Shown here: positions 38,902 to 49,395 of the stretch, one piece after another
Position numbering within the stretch: position 1 is the stretch's first letter
Layout of the letters: every line of letters begins with the position of its first letter
Assembly: GCF_013141765.1 (NCBI RefSeq)
Contig: NZ_WHOD01000062.1
Location: 18,696-82,695 of the forward strand
Length of the DNA stretch: 64,000 nt
Direction: 5' to 3'
Source of the DNA: Paenibacillus foliorum
Lineage (GTDB): Bacteria > Bacillota > Bacilli > Paenibacillales > NBRC-103111
Translations under genes and position numbers: made by a program
The notes under the pieces: generated by a model
The model's database searches: none
Seen by the model: the letters and a program-made list of their open reading frames with translations, nothing else
What the model was told of the DNA's origin: nothing

Positions 38902-39747
38902 TTATCCTAATCGTTGTCTTGCATCAGCCGCACGTTTCAAGACTTGGCCGATAAAATTGATACACAACATCATCACAAAAATAAGTAAGGATGCGGGCAG
39001 CCAAATCCACCATTTATTTTGCAAAACCTCCGGATTCATCGCATAGCTTACTAATGTACCAAGGCTTGGCGTGCTTTCCGGCAGACCAAAGCCCAAGTAG
39101 CTTAACCCCGACTCAATCCCAATATTTCCTGCCAAATTTAAAGTTAAGTTCACAATAATAATCGAGCTCAAATTCGGGAGAATTTCCCTGACAATAATCT
39201 TCCAGTCTGGAGTTCCAAGCGTCTTCGAAGCACTGACATAATCCATACCCCGTTCCGCTAGCATTTTGGCGCGAATGAGCCTTGCTTTACCCGTCCATAA
39301 AAAGGCACTCATAATCAGAATAAACATCGCTACATCATTTTTCGGAACAAGTGCGATAATTACAATGACCAGCATTAAAAAGGGCAAAATCAGAATAAAA
39401 TCAATCACCCGCATAATGAGATTATCGATAATCCCGCCAAAATATCCAGCGATCGAACCAACGGCCAGACCTACGATTCCGGTTAGGACGGTAATGGTTA
39501 AAGCTATTGTAAATGAGTTCCTTGCACCAATCATCAGCTGACCAAAGATATCTCTTCCACCATAATCGGTACCTAACCAATACTCCGCAGATGGCGGCTC
39601 ATAAATCGATAGCAGATCGACCTTGAGCATTCTTTCTTGATCCAATAAAAGTGACGAAGCATAGACCGAGCAAAGAATGAGCGCAAGAAGAAGCAGCGAA
39701 CAGAATGCTAGTTTATCTTTTATGACTTCCCGCCAAAGGATATTCAC
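38902..39747 (-). CDS. oppC: Oligopeptide ABC transporter permease (OppC/DppC)
   Basis: Six TM helices; EAA loop ASKTLGTPDWKIIVREILP. Confidence 0.85.
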   Translation of the reverse strand: MNILWREVIKDKLAFCSLLLLALILCSVYASSLLLDQERMLKVDLLSIYEPPSAEYWLGTDYGGRDIFGQLMIGARNSFTIALTITVLTGIVGLAVGSIAGYFGGIIDNLIMRVIDFILILPFLMLVIVIIALVPKNDVAMFILIMSAFLWTGKARLIRAKMLAERGMDYVSASKTLGTPDWKIIVREILPNLSSIIIVNLTLNLAGNIGIESGLSYLGFGLPESTPSLGTLVSYAMNPEVLQNKWWIWLPASLLIFVMMLCINFIGQVLKRAADARQRLG

Positions 39748-39765
39748 GGTTCTCGCCCCTCTCCT

Positions 39766-40734
39766 CTACTCGATTCGTATGCGCGGATCTACAATGCTTA
39801 GAATAATATCGGACAATAGCGTACCGACTAAGGTGGCAACTCCGGATATCATGACGAGTACAGTAACGACGCTATAATCACGCTGCATAATGGATTGAAG
39901 GAACAGTTGTCCGATCCCCGGAAAGCTGAAAATTGACTCTAGAAAGATCGATCCACCTATTAAGCCGGTAATTTCGTAACCGAGAAAAGCAGCAATAGGT
40001 ATGAAGGAGCTGCGCAAAATATGGCGCGAATAAATCCGTGATTCCGGTACGCCTTTGGCTCTTGCTGTTTTCACAAAATCTTTCATTTTCGTCTCGATAA
40101 TTTCACTGCGTAAATATTGAATCAGACCTACAGTACCAATAAGTGCCCCTGACAAGGACGGTAAAATCAAATGATGCATTTTATTGATATAATAAGCCGC
40201 CGTCCCTTGTTCCAGCTGAATATCGACACTTCCACCCGTAGGGAACCAACCTAAGGTAAATCCAAACAGAAACAGCATCATTACTGCAAAAATAAATAAG
40301 GGTGTGGCAAAGCTAGTATAGCTGTAGCCAACGATAAGTTTGTCCGCCCATGAATGATTCCATCTCCCCGAAATAACGCCCAAGGGTATGGCAATCAGGT
40401 AGGTTAACACTAGGATACAAACAGCTAACATTACTGTGTTCCCTATTCTTTCTGCCAGGATGTCGATAACAGGCTGCTGATGAATATAAGAGAGGCCCAG
40501 ATCCCCATGCAGCAAATGGTTGATCCACCTTGTGTACTGCACATACAAGGGGTCGTTTAATCCCAGCTTTTCTTTGATCTCCATTAAGGTTTGCATATCC
40601 ATTTTTGGATTGTTTTCCAATTGCCCCGTCAATGCGTCACCGGGCATCGCTTTTGCCAGCACAAAGATGAGCACGCTCAAAATAAACAATTGGGGGATCA
40701 TAACAACTATTCGCCGCAAAATAAATTTCCACAT
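39766..40734 (-). CDS. oppB: Oligopeptide ABC transporter permease (OppB/DppB)
   Basis: Six TM helices; EAA loop ARAKGVPESRIYSRHILR. Confidence 0.85.
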   Translation of the reverse strand: MWKFILRRIVVMIPQLFILSVLIFVLAKAMPGDALTGQLENNPKMDMQTLMEIKEKLGLNDPLYVQYTRWINHLLHGDLGLSYIHQQPVIDILAERIGNTVMLAVCILVLTYLIAIPLGVISGRWNHSWADKLIVGYSYTSFATPLFIFAVMMLFLFGFTLGWFPTGGSVDIQLEQGTAAYYINKMHHLILPSLSGALIGTVGLIQYLRSEIIETKMKDFVKTARAKGVPESRIYSRHILRSSFIPIAAFLGYEITGLIGGSIFLESIFSFPGIGQLFLQSIMQRDYSVVTVLVMISGVATLVGTLLSDIILSIVDPRIRIE

Positions 40735-40773
40735 CTTCCATCTCCCCCGTTTCTACAAGTACGTGAACAACCT

Positions 40774-41700
40774 CTACAAGATGGCAGCAGAATGCGTCTC
40801 CGTAATCTTTTTCAACGGGTAAACTCTTCCTTCATCGTCAAAGTACTGATGGCTTAGCTGCTTGTAATCCTGCTCAATGTGCTGTCTAAGCTTCAATTGC
40901 TCCTGCCGTTGCTGCGGATTAGGATTCGGGATTGCCGAAATCAGTCTTTTTGCATAAATATGCTGTGGATTTTCAAATATATCTTGCTTAGTTCCTTCTT
41001 CCACCAGTCGACCGCTATACATGATACCTACGCGATCACACATGTGACGAATAATGCCTAAATCATGACTAATCAATAGATAGGTAAGCTGAAATTCTTG
41101 TTGAATCTCCTTCATAAAATTCAGCACCTGAGCTTGCACAGACACATCAAGTGAGGATACGGGCTCATCCGCAATGATTAATTTCGGGCTTAGCGTAAGC
41201 GCCCGTGCAATCCCTATCCGCTGCCGCTGTCCCCCTGAAAACTCATGAGGGTATTTAAACACCGATTCCGGATGCAGTCCTACTCTTTCAACAAATTGCT
41301 GAACCTTCCTTCGTTCCTCCTGCGGAGATAGTCTTTCAAAATTACGCAGCGGCTCAGCAATAATATCCAACACTCGTTTTCTTGGATTTAGTGAGGAATA
41401 AGGGTCTTGAAAGACCATTTGGATATCTCTTCGATAATGGAGAAACTCACGCCGTGTAATATTGGTAATCTTGTTTCCTTCAAGGAAAATATCCCCGGAG
41501 GTCGCCTGGATCAGCCCAATGATAGTTCGACCCGTAGTTGTTTTGCCGCATCCGGACTCCCCTACTAATCCGTAGGTTTCACCACGCTGCAGTTCAAAGC
41601 TAATATCATCAACAGCCTTCACGTGATCAACGACCCGCCGAAAAAAACCGCCGCGAACAGGATAATGAACTTTTAAATGGTTCACTTTAAGAAATGCCAT
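40774..41700 (-). CDS. oppF: Oligopeptide ABC transporter ATP-binding protein (OppF)
   Basis: Walker A GESGCGKTT, signature LSGGQRQR, Walker B IIADEP. Confidence 0.85.
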   Translation of the reverse strand: MAFLKVNHLKVHYPVRGGFFRRVVDHVKAVDDISFELQRGETYGLVGESGCGKTTTGRTIIGLIQATSGDIFLEGNKITNITRREFLHYRRDIQMVFQDPYSSLNPRKRVLDIIAEPLRNFERLSPQEERRKVQQFVERVGLHPESVFKYPHEFSGGQRQRIGIARALTLSPKLIIADEPVSSLDVSVQAQVLNFMKEIQQEFQLTYLLISHDLGIIRHMCDRVGIMYSGRLVEEGTKQDIFENPQHIYAKRLISAIPNPNPQQRQEQLKLRQHIEQDYKQLSHQYFDDEGRVYPLKKITETHSAAIL

Positions 41701-41712
41701 CCTTCATGTCTC

Positions 41713-42705
41713 CTATGGATGTTGCGGAAAATAGAAGTTCTGGTAACAGGTGCAGCGTACCCAATGCCCAGGTTCTACTTCCCGTAAAATCGGATTTTTT
41801 TCGTGCTCAGACTCAGGGATCCAGTCTATACGTGATTGAAATCGGCAGCCTGCCGCGGGTAATTTTTGCAGTGATGGAACAATTCCTTGGATGACATGAA
41901 GCTTCTCATGGAGTGTTTGCAGGGAAGGAACGGAATGCAGGAGGGAACGTGTGTAGGGATGCATGGGATGGGCAAATAGTGTATGGACGTCGGCTAATTC
42001 AACAATCTCGCCCGCATACATTACAGCCACACGGTCGGCCATTTCGGCCACAACACCCAGGTTATGGGTAATGAGCATAATCCCTGTATTCATTTGCTGT
42101 TGGAGCTCTCTTAATAAAGTCATAATCTGTGCTTGAATGGTAACGTCTAACGCTGTGGTAGGTTCATCGGCAATAAGGAGAAGCGGATCGCAGGCAAGGG
42201 CCATAGCAATCATGACTCGCTGCCTCAAACCGCCGGAGAGCTCATGAGGATAACGGTCGCAGATTTGTTTGGGATTCGAAATTCCGACTCGCTCCAGTAA
42301 ATCCAAAGTTCGCTGCCGTTTATTTAAAGAAGAAAGCTTAGTATGATAGTCTAGGCTTTCTTCAATCTGTCTCCCTGCCGTCATTAACGGATTCAGCGCG
42401 GATAAAGGGTCTTGGAATATCATGCCGATTTTCCTTCCGCGAATCTGGTTAAGTTCATTTATATCTAATGATAGCAGGTTGGTTCCTTCGAATAGAATGG
42501 ATCCTTCCAATTTCGTTCTCTCGGGTTCATGCAATCCTGTAATGGAAAGAGCTAATGTACTTTTCCCACATCCTGACTCTCCTACGATAGCAAGCACCTC
42601 ATTGGGATGGACGGACAATGTGACACCGTTAACCGCGGTAAAGTATTCATCTTGAATGCGAAAAGAGGCTCGTAAATTTTCAATTTGTAAAATCGGTTGT
42701 GTCAA
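41713..42705 (-). CDS. oppD: Oligopeptide ABC transporter ATP-binding protein (OppD)
   Basis: Walker [10 protein letters not shown], signature LSGGLRQR, Walker [12 protein letters not shown]. Confidence 0.85.
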   Translation of the reverse strand: MTQPILQIENLRASFRIQDEYFTAVNGVTLSVHPNEVLAIVGESGCGKSTLALSITGLHEPERTKLEGSILFEGTNLLSLDINELNQIRGRKIGMIFQDPLSALNPLMTAGRQIEESLDYHTKLSSLNKRQRTLDLLERVGISNPKQICDRYPHELSGGLRQRVMIAMALACDPLLLIADEPTTALDVTIQAQIMTLLRELQQQMNTGIMLITHNLGVVAEMADRVAVMYAGEIVELADVHTLFAHPMHPYTRSLLHSVPSLQTLHEKLHVIQGIVPSLQKLPAAGCRFQSRIDWIPESEHEKNPILREVEPGHWVRCTCYQNFYFPQHP

Positions 42706-42840
42706 TCCAGCTTCGCCTCCACCCTAGCAGCAAGGTTATCCTAATACCCTCTTTATCTAAATAATTCTATGAAACTTATTCTATTCCTTTTGACACAAAA
42801 AAATCCCACTGCTCGAGTGAGATGCTCATTGAGGGAAAAA

Positions 42841-43233
42841 TCATTTGGTCCCTATCTTCATTTCGTTTTTTTCATGAGCGTACAGTACATGACTGAATAA
42901 CAGAGGAATCAATTTCCGTATCGATTTAATGCCAATCTTGTTCATTACGTTTGCAAGGTGATTTTTAACCGTTTTTTCACTAATCACACACCTTTCGGCA
43001 ATTTCCCGATTAGCAAAGCCGTATACAACAATCAGCATGAGAATTTCCGATTCTCGCTGAGTCAACTGATAATAATTTGAAAAATCTTGCATTGTAGCAC
43101 CAATTTTCTGAATCGGAAGGTCGTTCAAGCTTTTATAGTCGTGGTCGATAATGTCCTGATTATCTCCGTTCTTCATGCGATAACTTATGCTAGAAGAATG
43201 CAGCTTAATGCGTTCCATAATATTCAGAACCAT
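42841..43233 (-). CDS. Small LuxR/GerE-family HTH regulator directly upstream of oppD
   Basis: C-terminal GerE-type HTH (LTQRESEILMLIVVYGFANREIAERCVISEKTVKNHLANVMNKIG); 130 aa. Confidence 0.75.
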   Translation of the reverse strand: MVLNIMERIKLHSSSISYRMKNGDNQDIIDHDYKSLNDLPIQKIGATMQDFSNYYQLTQRESEILMLIVVYGFANREIAERCVISEKTVKNHLANVMNKIGIKSIRKLIPLLFSHVLYAHEKNEMKIGTK

Positions 43234-43480
43234 TTGTACATGTCTCCCTCAAACTATTATTTCTTTCTGTAGATGCTAAGACTTCAACTAGTAATATCAA
43301 TCAGACTAACCTCATTATACCTATATCAAATAATCTATCCTAGATGAAGAAGTTCACTTGTAGAGCAATAAATCAGTCTTTTTTACCACTTTTTTCTGTT
43401 TTATATGACCTAAGTCACTTTTCCATCCCCTACCTGCTTCAGCCTCGTTCAATACTTCTACAACCTTACCGCACGATAGA

Positions 43481-43510
43481 AAAAGCCCTTCATGTCAAAG
43501 GGCTTCCAAT
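43481..43510 (-). terminator. Intrinsic terminator of phnA
   Basis: AAGCCCTT-TGACATG-AAGGGCTT hairpin followed by a T-run on the minus strand. Confidence 0.55.
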
Positions 43511-43541
43511 ACTGACTTATTAGGTTGTATTAAAACCTCAA

Positions 43542-43883
43542 TTATATCTTTTTAACAAATTCTGATTTTAATTTCATAGCTCCAAAACTATCAATTTTAC
43601 AATCGATATCATGGTCTCCATCAATCAAACGTATATTTTTGACTTTTGTGCCTATTTTTATAACTAAGGAGCTTCCTTTTACTTTAAGGTCTTTGATTAC
43701 AGTTACAGAATCACCATCGTTTAAAACATTTCCATTTGCATCTTTTATAATCCTTTTATCTTCATTATTTTCATTTTCTGATTCTAAACTCCACTCATGA
43801 GCACATTCTGGGCAGACGAAATGACTTCCATCTTCATAAGTATATTCTGAATTACATTTTGGGCAATTTGGAAAATTAGACAT
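43542..43883 (-). CDS. phnA: PhnA/YjdC-family zinc-ribbon protein
   Basis: N-terminal CPKC...CPEC zinc ribbon plus a C-terminal PhnA beta domain ([25 protein letters not shown]); 113 aa. Confidence 0.8.
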   Translation of the reverse strand: MSNFPNCPKCNSEYTYEDGSHFVCPECAHEWSLESENENNEDKRIIKDANGNVLNDGDSVTVIKDLKVKGSSLVIKIGTKVKNIRLIDGDHDIDCKIDSFGAMKLKSEFVKKI

Positions 43884-43973
43884 TAACTCGTGTCCTCCAT
43901 TCTTTATAGAGAGTGAAAATACCTTTACAAGTATATGGGATATTCCGCAATGATTCCAGTGAATAGTAACGTG

Positions 43974-44828
43974 CTAGCTCGTTCGAGCAACAATTTCATC
44001 GACAAAACATCGTAGTGTGCTCGTTAAATACGAATCTTTACGCCGTATGAAGATAGTCGTGATTTCACGATAGGGCTCAGGGACACTATGAGAACATACA
44101 ATACCATTGGCAACCAGATCAGTAACCGATGATTCCGGGATAATCGTTATTCCTATTCCCGCAGCTACACTGCCAATAATCGTCCCAAACGTCCCAAACT
44201 CCATGATCTGTTTAGGGATAATTCCTTCCGCCTTTATCCAGCTCTCCAGTCTCTCGCGATAACCGCAGCCTTTGTTGTATAGCAGCAGAGGCCTTGTTGT
44301 TATGTCTTCCATAGAAAAGGTGCTTCCCTTGGTAACCAGTACTAGCTTTTCTTGAATAACCTCAATTTGCTCAATTAATGGATGCTTAATAGGACCTGTA
44401 ACAAACGCTCCATCCAGCTTCATATCAATGACCTTTTGCAGCAAAAGATCCGTTACTCCGGCTTTTAATGATAATTCGACATTAGGATACTTGCTATAGT
44501 ATGAAGATAAAATATCTGGAAGAGCAACCACGGTCTCTACGATACCAATTTCGAGGACACCGGAGGGGTTCGATTTGTCTTGAAAGGTGCGAATCATTTC
44601 CTCCATCTTCGAAGAGATCTCTCTAGAATGCTCCAACAACCGTTTTCCCTCCGTGTTCAAGATCATCCCTCGCTTGTGCCGATAAAATAAGGGCGTCTGA
44701 AGCTCTTTCTCAAGCAGCTTAATTCTTGCTGTAACATTCGATTGAACGTAGTTCAGCTCCAATGCTGCTTTGCTGACACTTCCGTGTGCGGCAACGGTTT
44801 GAAAAATTTTCAAATCATTAAACTCCAA
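43974..44828 (-). CDS. LysR-family transcriptional regulator
   Basis: N-terminal LysR HTH (LKIFQTVAAHGSVSKAALELNYVQSNVTARIKLLEKEL) plus a substrate-binding domain; divergent from the DMT transporter gene. Confidence 0.85.
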   Translation of the reverse strand: MEFNDLKIFQTVAAHGSVSKAALELNYVQSNVTARIKLLEKELQTPLFYRHKRGMILNTEGKRLLEHSREISSKMEEMIRTFQDKSNPSGVLEIGIVETVVALPDILSSYYSKYPNVELSLKAGVTDLLLQKVIDMKLDGAFVTGPIKHPLIEQIEVIQEKLVLVTKGSTFSMEDITTRPLLLYNKGCGYRERLESWIKAEGIIPKQIMEFGTFGTIIGSVAAGIGITIIPESSVTDLVANGIVCSHSVPEPYREITTIFIRRKDSYLTSTLRCFVDEIVARTS

Positions 44829-44868
44829 TACAGCCCCTCCTCTACACTCCGAGACTTTTATTTTTCTA

Positions 44869-44890
44869 TTATCATTATAAATGATGATAA
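44869..44890. promoter_or_regulatory. Candidate LysR box (T-N11-A) in the divergent lysR/DMT promoter region
   Basis: TTATCAT-N8-ATGATAA inverted repeat. Confidence 0.35.
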
Positions 44891-44984
44891 ACTTTATTTA
44901 CAATCATTTTACTAAAGCATTTCAACCCCCTATGATTAGTCTTGCACAATAAATCGGCAGATTCTTGCTAGGGAGAGACTATAC

Positions 44985-45959
44985 ATGCTAACCAAACAAA
45001 TCGTCATAGGGTCCTTACTGTGCCTCATTGCAAGTATGTCTTGGGGAGCTATGTTCCCCGTTGCACACCTTGCCTTACAGCAGATTGATCCCTTCTATTT
45101 TTCGTTTATCCGGTATTTAATCGTTGGTATCATCCTCAGCGTGCTGCTTTGGATTAAAGAGGGGAGATCTTCATTTCGCTTGGAGGGAAAGGGCAAAGCT
45201 TTATTGTTTTATGGAACGATGGCATTTACGGTGTATAATATGTCCGTCTTCCTAGGACAGCATCTTATGGGGGAATCAGGTACAATTGCTGCCTCGATTA
45301 TGGAAGTACTTATGCCTATGATATCTATCATGATTTTATGGATCACTAAAAAAACAGCCCCAAAGAAATACATACTCACGAGTGTAGCTATCGCGCTTGC
45401 TGGTGCTTTACTCGTTATCACCAATGGCAAAGTGGCTTTTTTCACGATGGCCGGACAACATCTTTTTCCATTGCTGCTGATTTTCATAGGGGTTGTTGGG
45501 TGGGTAATCTATTCGATGGGGGGGAGTCGGTTTAGAGAATGGTCGATACTCCGCTATTCTACTCTAACCTGCTTGCTGGGAAGCGCAGTATCTTTTGTAA
45601 TCGTTGCTCTTGCTTCCGCTTTTCAATTACTTCCCGTTCCCACCTGGCATACTATACTCTCGATCAAATATGAAATGTCCTTTATGATCTTATTGCCAGG
45701 GCTAGCAGCCTTGCTAAGCTGGAATTTAGGAATCAAATTATTATCACCGCTTAACGGTATATTATTTATCAATTTCGTTCCCATTACCACGTTCATTATT
45801 ATGGCTTTTCAAGGATACCACATCAGCAATTATGAATTTTTTGGGACACTGCTCATTATCTTTGCACTAATACGAAACAATGCTTACCAGAGAAAAGTAA
45901 ACCTCCAAAATCAACATTTAAAACCTTATTCGGCTGCCCTTGAGCCTAAACCACAATAG
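44985..45959 (+). CDS. DMT-superfamily (EamA-like) transporter
   Basis: Ten TM helices in two EamA repeats; 324 aa. Confidence 0.8.
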   Translation: MLTKQIVIGSLLCLIASMSWGAMFPVAHLALQQIDPFYFSFIRYLIVGIILSVLLWIKEGRSSFRLEGKGKALLFYGTMAFTVYNMSVFLGQHLMGESGTIAASIMEVLMPMISIMILWITKKTAPKKYILTSVAIALAGALLVITNGKVAFFTMAGQHLFPLLLIFIGVVGWVIYSMGGSRFREWSILRYSTLTCLLGSAVSFVIVALASAFQLLPVPTWHTILSIKYEMSFMILLPGLAALLSWNLGIKLLSPLNGILFINFVPITTFIIMAFQGYHISNYEFFGTLLIIFALIRNNAYQRKVNLQNQHLKPYSAALEPKPQ

Positions 45960-45994
45960 ACCGTTTGTAAGGGCAACCTCCCTCTTACATTACA

Positions 45995-46023
45995 AAAAGC
46001 CCTCTTAGTGAGAGGGCTTTTTC
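45995..46023. terminator. Bidirectional terminator between the DMT gene and the EVE gene
   Basis: AAAAAGCCCTCT-TAGTG-AGAGGGCTTTTT. Confidence 0.6.
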
Positions 46024-46478
46024 GTTTGAATATCTGCATTGGCTAACATCGCGTCAGCAATCTTTAGAAAATCTTCCCGTCCAATTTCGAAATGCCCGTA
46101 GCGAAAGCTATACCCCCAATTTCGATTCCCACGTGTAAAGCTTAGCTGGTCCAATAGATCGGCAATCTTCACTTCTCGACACGGAGTATAGCGAATATCC
46201 CGACGAAATGGCACAAAGGATTCGGACATCTGATATTCGTAGACTCTGTCATCCGCAACCTGCCCAATGGCGGTGAATGCTTGGAGCGACTCTCCCTTCG
46301 CCAAATCCGTTCGTGGAGAATAATATATCAGCCAATCGCCAGGTTCCATCCGCCGCAAAGGTGCTGACTTGCCATGGCAGAGCTGGGCGAATCCGCCCAG
46401 CACCCCCCGCTTCACATGTGAAGCGGACACGACGCCAATCCAGTAGCGGTTTTGCTTATTTATTATATCCGCTGACAT
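46005..46478 (-). CDS. EVE-domain (PUA-like) protein
   Basis: [11 protein letters not shown]...[10 protein letters not shown]...[11 protein letters not shown], typical of the EVE fold. Start placed at ATG 46478, which has a GAAGGGA RBS. Confidence 0.75.
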   Translation of the reverse strand: MSADIINKQNRYWIGVVSASHVKRGVLGGFAQLCHGKSAPLRRMEPGDWLIYYSPRTDLAKGESLQAFTAIGQVADDRVYEYQMSESFVPFRRDIRYTPCREVKIADLLDQLSFTRGNRNWGYSFRYGHFEIGREDFLKIADAMLANADIQTKKPSH

Positions 46479-46504
46479 GGTTCCGATCCCTTCTTTCATC
46501 TTAT

Positions 46505-47053
46505 CTATACGGTACTTTCTAAAGCTTTTTTCAAACGATCCATTTGTAGAAGATGATGGCGGTAGTGCATTTCAACGAGCAAAAACCATTGTTTCGCATG
46601 CAGCGCACCGAATCGGGGATGAGAGACCGTATTTTGCAGGGATGCCTTTTCAAGCGTTGGCTCGATTTGTTTCATTTGACGGATAACCGTGTTTAATCCT
46701 TGGATCAACAGTTCCTTGCTTTCCGGTTGCTTGGGTGTATATTGTGGGGAAGGCGGGACTTGAATTCGTACGGGAGGGAAGCTCCCTTGATCAAACATCG
46801 CCGCAACCTCCCTTGTTATTTCCGCTGCAGTGGCAACAGAATCCCCTCTTGACTCCATGCAATGATCAATATTACGAAGCTGCATATAAAGAGCCGAGTT
46901 AATCAGATGCTGATACATTTGACCAAGAGACCACTCATTCTCGCTTGGCTGACGCTTCAATTGATCCATACTGAAATGATCTAATTCATGAATATAGTGA
47001 TTCGCAATTTCTTCAAACCGCTGTAATGCTTCAGTTGTGTTCATATCCTTCAA
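46505..47053 (-). CDS. DinB/YfiT-like (DinB_2) family protein
   Basis: Four-helix-bundle DinB-like sequence with a His-rich putative metal site (HYIHELDH...H...H); 182 aa. Confidence 0.65.
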   Translation of the reverse strand: MKDMNTTEALQRFEEIANHYIHELDHFSMDQLKRQPSENEWSLGQMYQHLINSALYMQLRNIDHCMESRGDSVATAAEITREVAAMFDQGSFPPVRIQVPPSPQYTPKQPESKELLIQGLNTVIRQMKQIEPTLEKASLQNTVSHPRFGALHAKQWFLLVEMHYRHHLLQMDRLKKALESTV

Positions 47054-47111
47054 ACAGCTCCTTTATTATCATCCAACCTGAGTATACAAAAACGCTACTG
47101 ACAACAATGTG

Positions 47112-48059
47112 TCAGTAGCGTTTTAACATTTGTTCAGCTTCATCACGAACCTGATTTCGGAAGGATTCCGGCTCCAGCACAACGACATTTGCTCCCCAGC
47201 CGAGCACCCAGTGCAATAACTCCTCGGGCTGACGGACTCGAAAGTTCACAAGCAGACCATCTGCATGGTCCTCTACTGAATCCATGTAAAAGTTATTGGA
47301 TTCCTTCACCTTATCTGCAATCCCAGGATTCACCCGTATTTGCACACGTATGTTGCGGTCATCGGCGGGCTCGTAATCATGCAAATTAAAATCAAACGGT
47401 ACTTTAAATCGGTCTTCCAGAACGGTAAGGTCGGTCATTCGAGACAACCGGAAATGGCGAATCTCTTGCCGCAAATCACACTGTGCAATCAGCATCCATG
47501 ATCCCCGGACAAGCACCAGTCCATAAGGCGCAGCAACACGAACGCTTTGACGATTCCCATCGACTTCGGGCATTCTTTTTGAATAACCGAATCTTATTTG
47601 CCGCTCCTCCAATATCGCTCGACGGATCGTTTCGATGTACTCTTTCTCTTGTTCGCGAGTTATATCTTCACCAGAAGCAAGAAGTCGGATGGACTTACGC
47701 ACCCTAGATGCTTCACTGCGAACATGCCCCGGCAGGATGGCTTCAATTTTCTCACGAGAGGTTCGAGCCTTGGTACCATAGTCGGTGTCGAATCTTTGTT
47801 CGATAAAATCCGTCCCAATGAGTAATGTCACGGCTTCTTCCACTGTGAAGCTGATTGGCGGCAGGAAATAGCCCTCCATCAAGGAATAACCCAATCCTGG
47901 AGCCCCGACCACTGGAACCCCCGCTTCACTAAGAGCCTGAATATCTCGATAAATGGTCCTCACGCTCGTCTCAAATGTAGCCGCCAAATCCTCAGCCCGT
48001 AAAACCCCTTTGCGCTGTAATTCAAGCACGATGGCTAACAAACGGTCTGTTTTGTTCAT
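47112..48059 (-). CDS. HTH-WYL-WCX transcriptional regulator (YafY/PafBC-like)
   Basis: N-terminal HTH (MNKTDRLLAIVLELQRKGVLRAEDLAATFETSVRTIYRDIQAL), a central WYL domain and a C-terminal WCX region. Start placed at ATG 48059, which has a GAGGGAGGA RBS. Confidence 0.8.
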   Translation of the reverse strand: MNKTDRLLAIVLELQRKGVLRAEDLAATFETSVRTIYRDIQALSEAGVPVVGAPGLGYSLMEGYFLPPISFTVEEAVTLLIGTDFIEQRFDTDYGTKARTSREKIEAILPGHVRSEASRVRKSIRLLASGEDITREQEKEYIETIRRAILEERQIRFGYSKRMPEVDGNRQSVRVAAPYGLVLVRGSWMLIAQCDLRQEIRHFRLSRMTDLTVLEDRFKVPFDFNLHDYEPADDRNIRVQIRVNPGIADKVKESNNFYMDSVEDHADGLLVNFRVRQPEELLHWVLGWGANVVVLEPESFRNQVRDEAEQMLKRY

Positions 48060-48145
48060 GCTGCATCCTCCCTCATGAGAACGTATCGTATATTGCAAAA
48101 CTCTTAAAGTGGCGCCAGCTACCGCACTCTCAGATGCCTATCCTT

Positions 48146-49096
48146 CTAATAACCCCGTTCCCGATTGACAATCCCTTGCAACGAAGCCCCTTGCTCAAAT
48201 CTCCGAAGATTATCGATAAAAAAGCGCCCTACTTCTTCGATCTTGCTTAAGCCTGACAAATGAGGCGTTATAAAAACATTGGATAAAGACCATAAAGGAT
48301 TTTCCTTATCCAACGGCTCTTTTTCAAAAACATCCAATACAGCGGTTTGATGCTGCTTTTCTTTCAGCACCTCTATCAAGTCACTCTCTACGATCAGTTG
48401 TCCTCTGCCTACGTTCACTAAGCAAGCATTCGATTTCATCGACAACAGGATATCCCGATTGATTACGTGTCGGGTTTCAGACGTAAGTGGTAAGGTAAGA
48501 ACCAAATAATCCAATTCGCTGACAAATGTTTTCCAATCCGCCGCTGTAAAGTGGCGATCCACGATATCTGCATTTTTGCCACTTAAGCTTAGTCCATGTA
48601 CCTTCATATGAAAAGCCCGCGCTTTTTTTACAATTTCAACGCCTATTGATCCGAGCCCTGCTACCCCTATTACTTTTCCTTCAAGGGAACCGGGGCTGAA
48701 CTTATCCCATTCACGATTAGCCTGAGCGGCCAGCAATCTTGGAATGTCCTTGCAGTGTAATAATAGATAGGCAAATACATATTCCGATATCATACCGCCG
48801 AATTGATCAACTATGCGTGTAAGCACAATTTTCTCCGGAATGGTTCGATCCGCGACCAGGTTGTCAATGCCCGCCCCAGTGGATTGTACCCATTGTACAG
48901 TAGCAGCCTCAGGCTGCGCTAATAAATGCGAAGGGAAATTCCAGCCTAATATAATCTCCGTTCCAGGTAAATGTACCAATGCTTCGTCCAAGGTTTTGGC
49001 TGTTTTTACCGATGTGTAGCCATGCTCTTTAAGAATCGCCGCATATTTTTCAGCTTCGTTGTAATATACCAGTATGTTGGGCATGGCCTTGTTCAA
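48146..49096 (-). CDS. D-isomer-specific 2-hydroxyacid dehydrogenase (NAD-binding)
   Basis: GxGxxG nucleotide-binding motif (GLGSIGVEIV) and a catalytic His/Glu/Arg set in conserved order; 316 aa. Confidence 0.85.
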   Translation of the reverse strand: MNKAMPNILVYYNEAEKYAAILKEHGYTSVKTAKTLDEALVHLPGTEIILGWNFPSHLLAQPEAATVQWVQSTGAGIDNLVADRTIPEKIVLTRIVDQFGGMISEYVFAYLLLHCKDIPRLLAAQANREWDKFSPGSLEGKVIGVAGLGSIGVEIVKKARAFHMKVHGLSLSGKNADIVDRHFTAADWKTFVSELDYLVLTLPLTSETRHVINRDILLSMKSNACLVNVGRGQLIVESDLIEVLKEKQHQTAVLDVFEKEPLDKENPLWSLSNVFITPHLSGLSKIEEVGRFFIDNLRRFEQGASLQGIVNRERGY

Positions 49097-49395
49097 AATG
49101 ATTCCTCCCTGATGAGTAAAAGGTACTGTAATTAATCTAATAGTTCAGACTATATTATAAGTCAGTTTCAATTAAATTACGAAAAGGAGCTAAGCTTGGA
49201 AGAGACTCTCCAATTATGACAGCCTCTTTTAGACACCCAAATGCCCTTTCACGCAATCCGTGTTTTGTTGTCCCAACTAGGAGTTTCACGTATACTTAGG
49301 TGTGCTGGTTTTTTTATCCAAAAGTAGGGATGTCCATATGGCAGCCGTTCTATATGTCAATATGTTGACGTACGGTGAGGAGGTTGACGAAGTAG

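Noticed and set aside
49356-49369. GTCAA-TATG-TTGAC palindrome upstream of the membrane protein gene.
   Set aside because: It is short, and the only -35-like hexamer leaves no room for a -10 before the start codon. It is probably chance.
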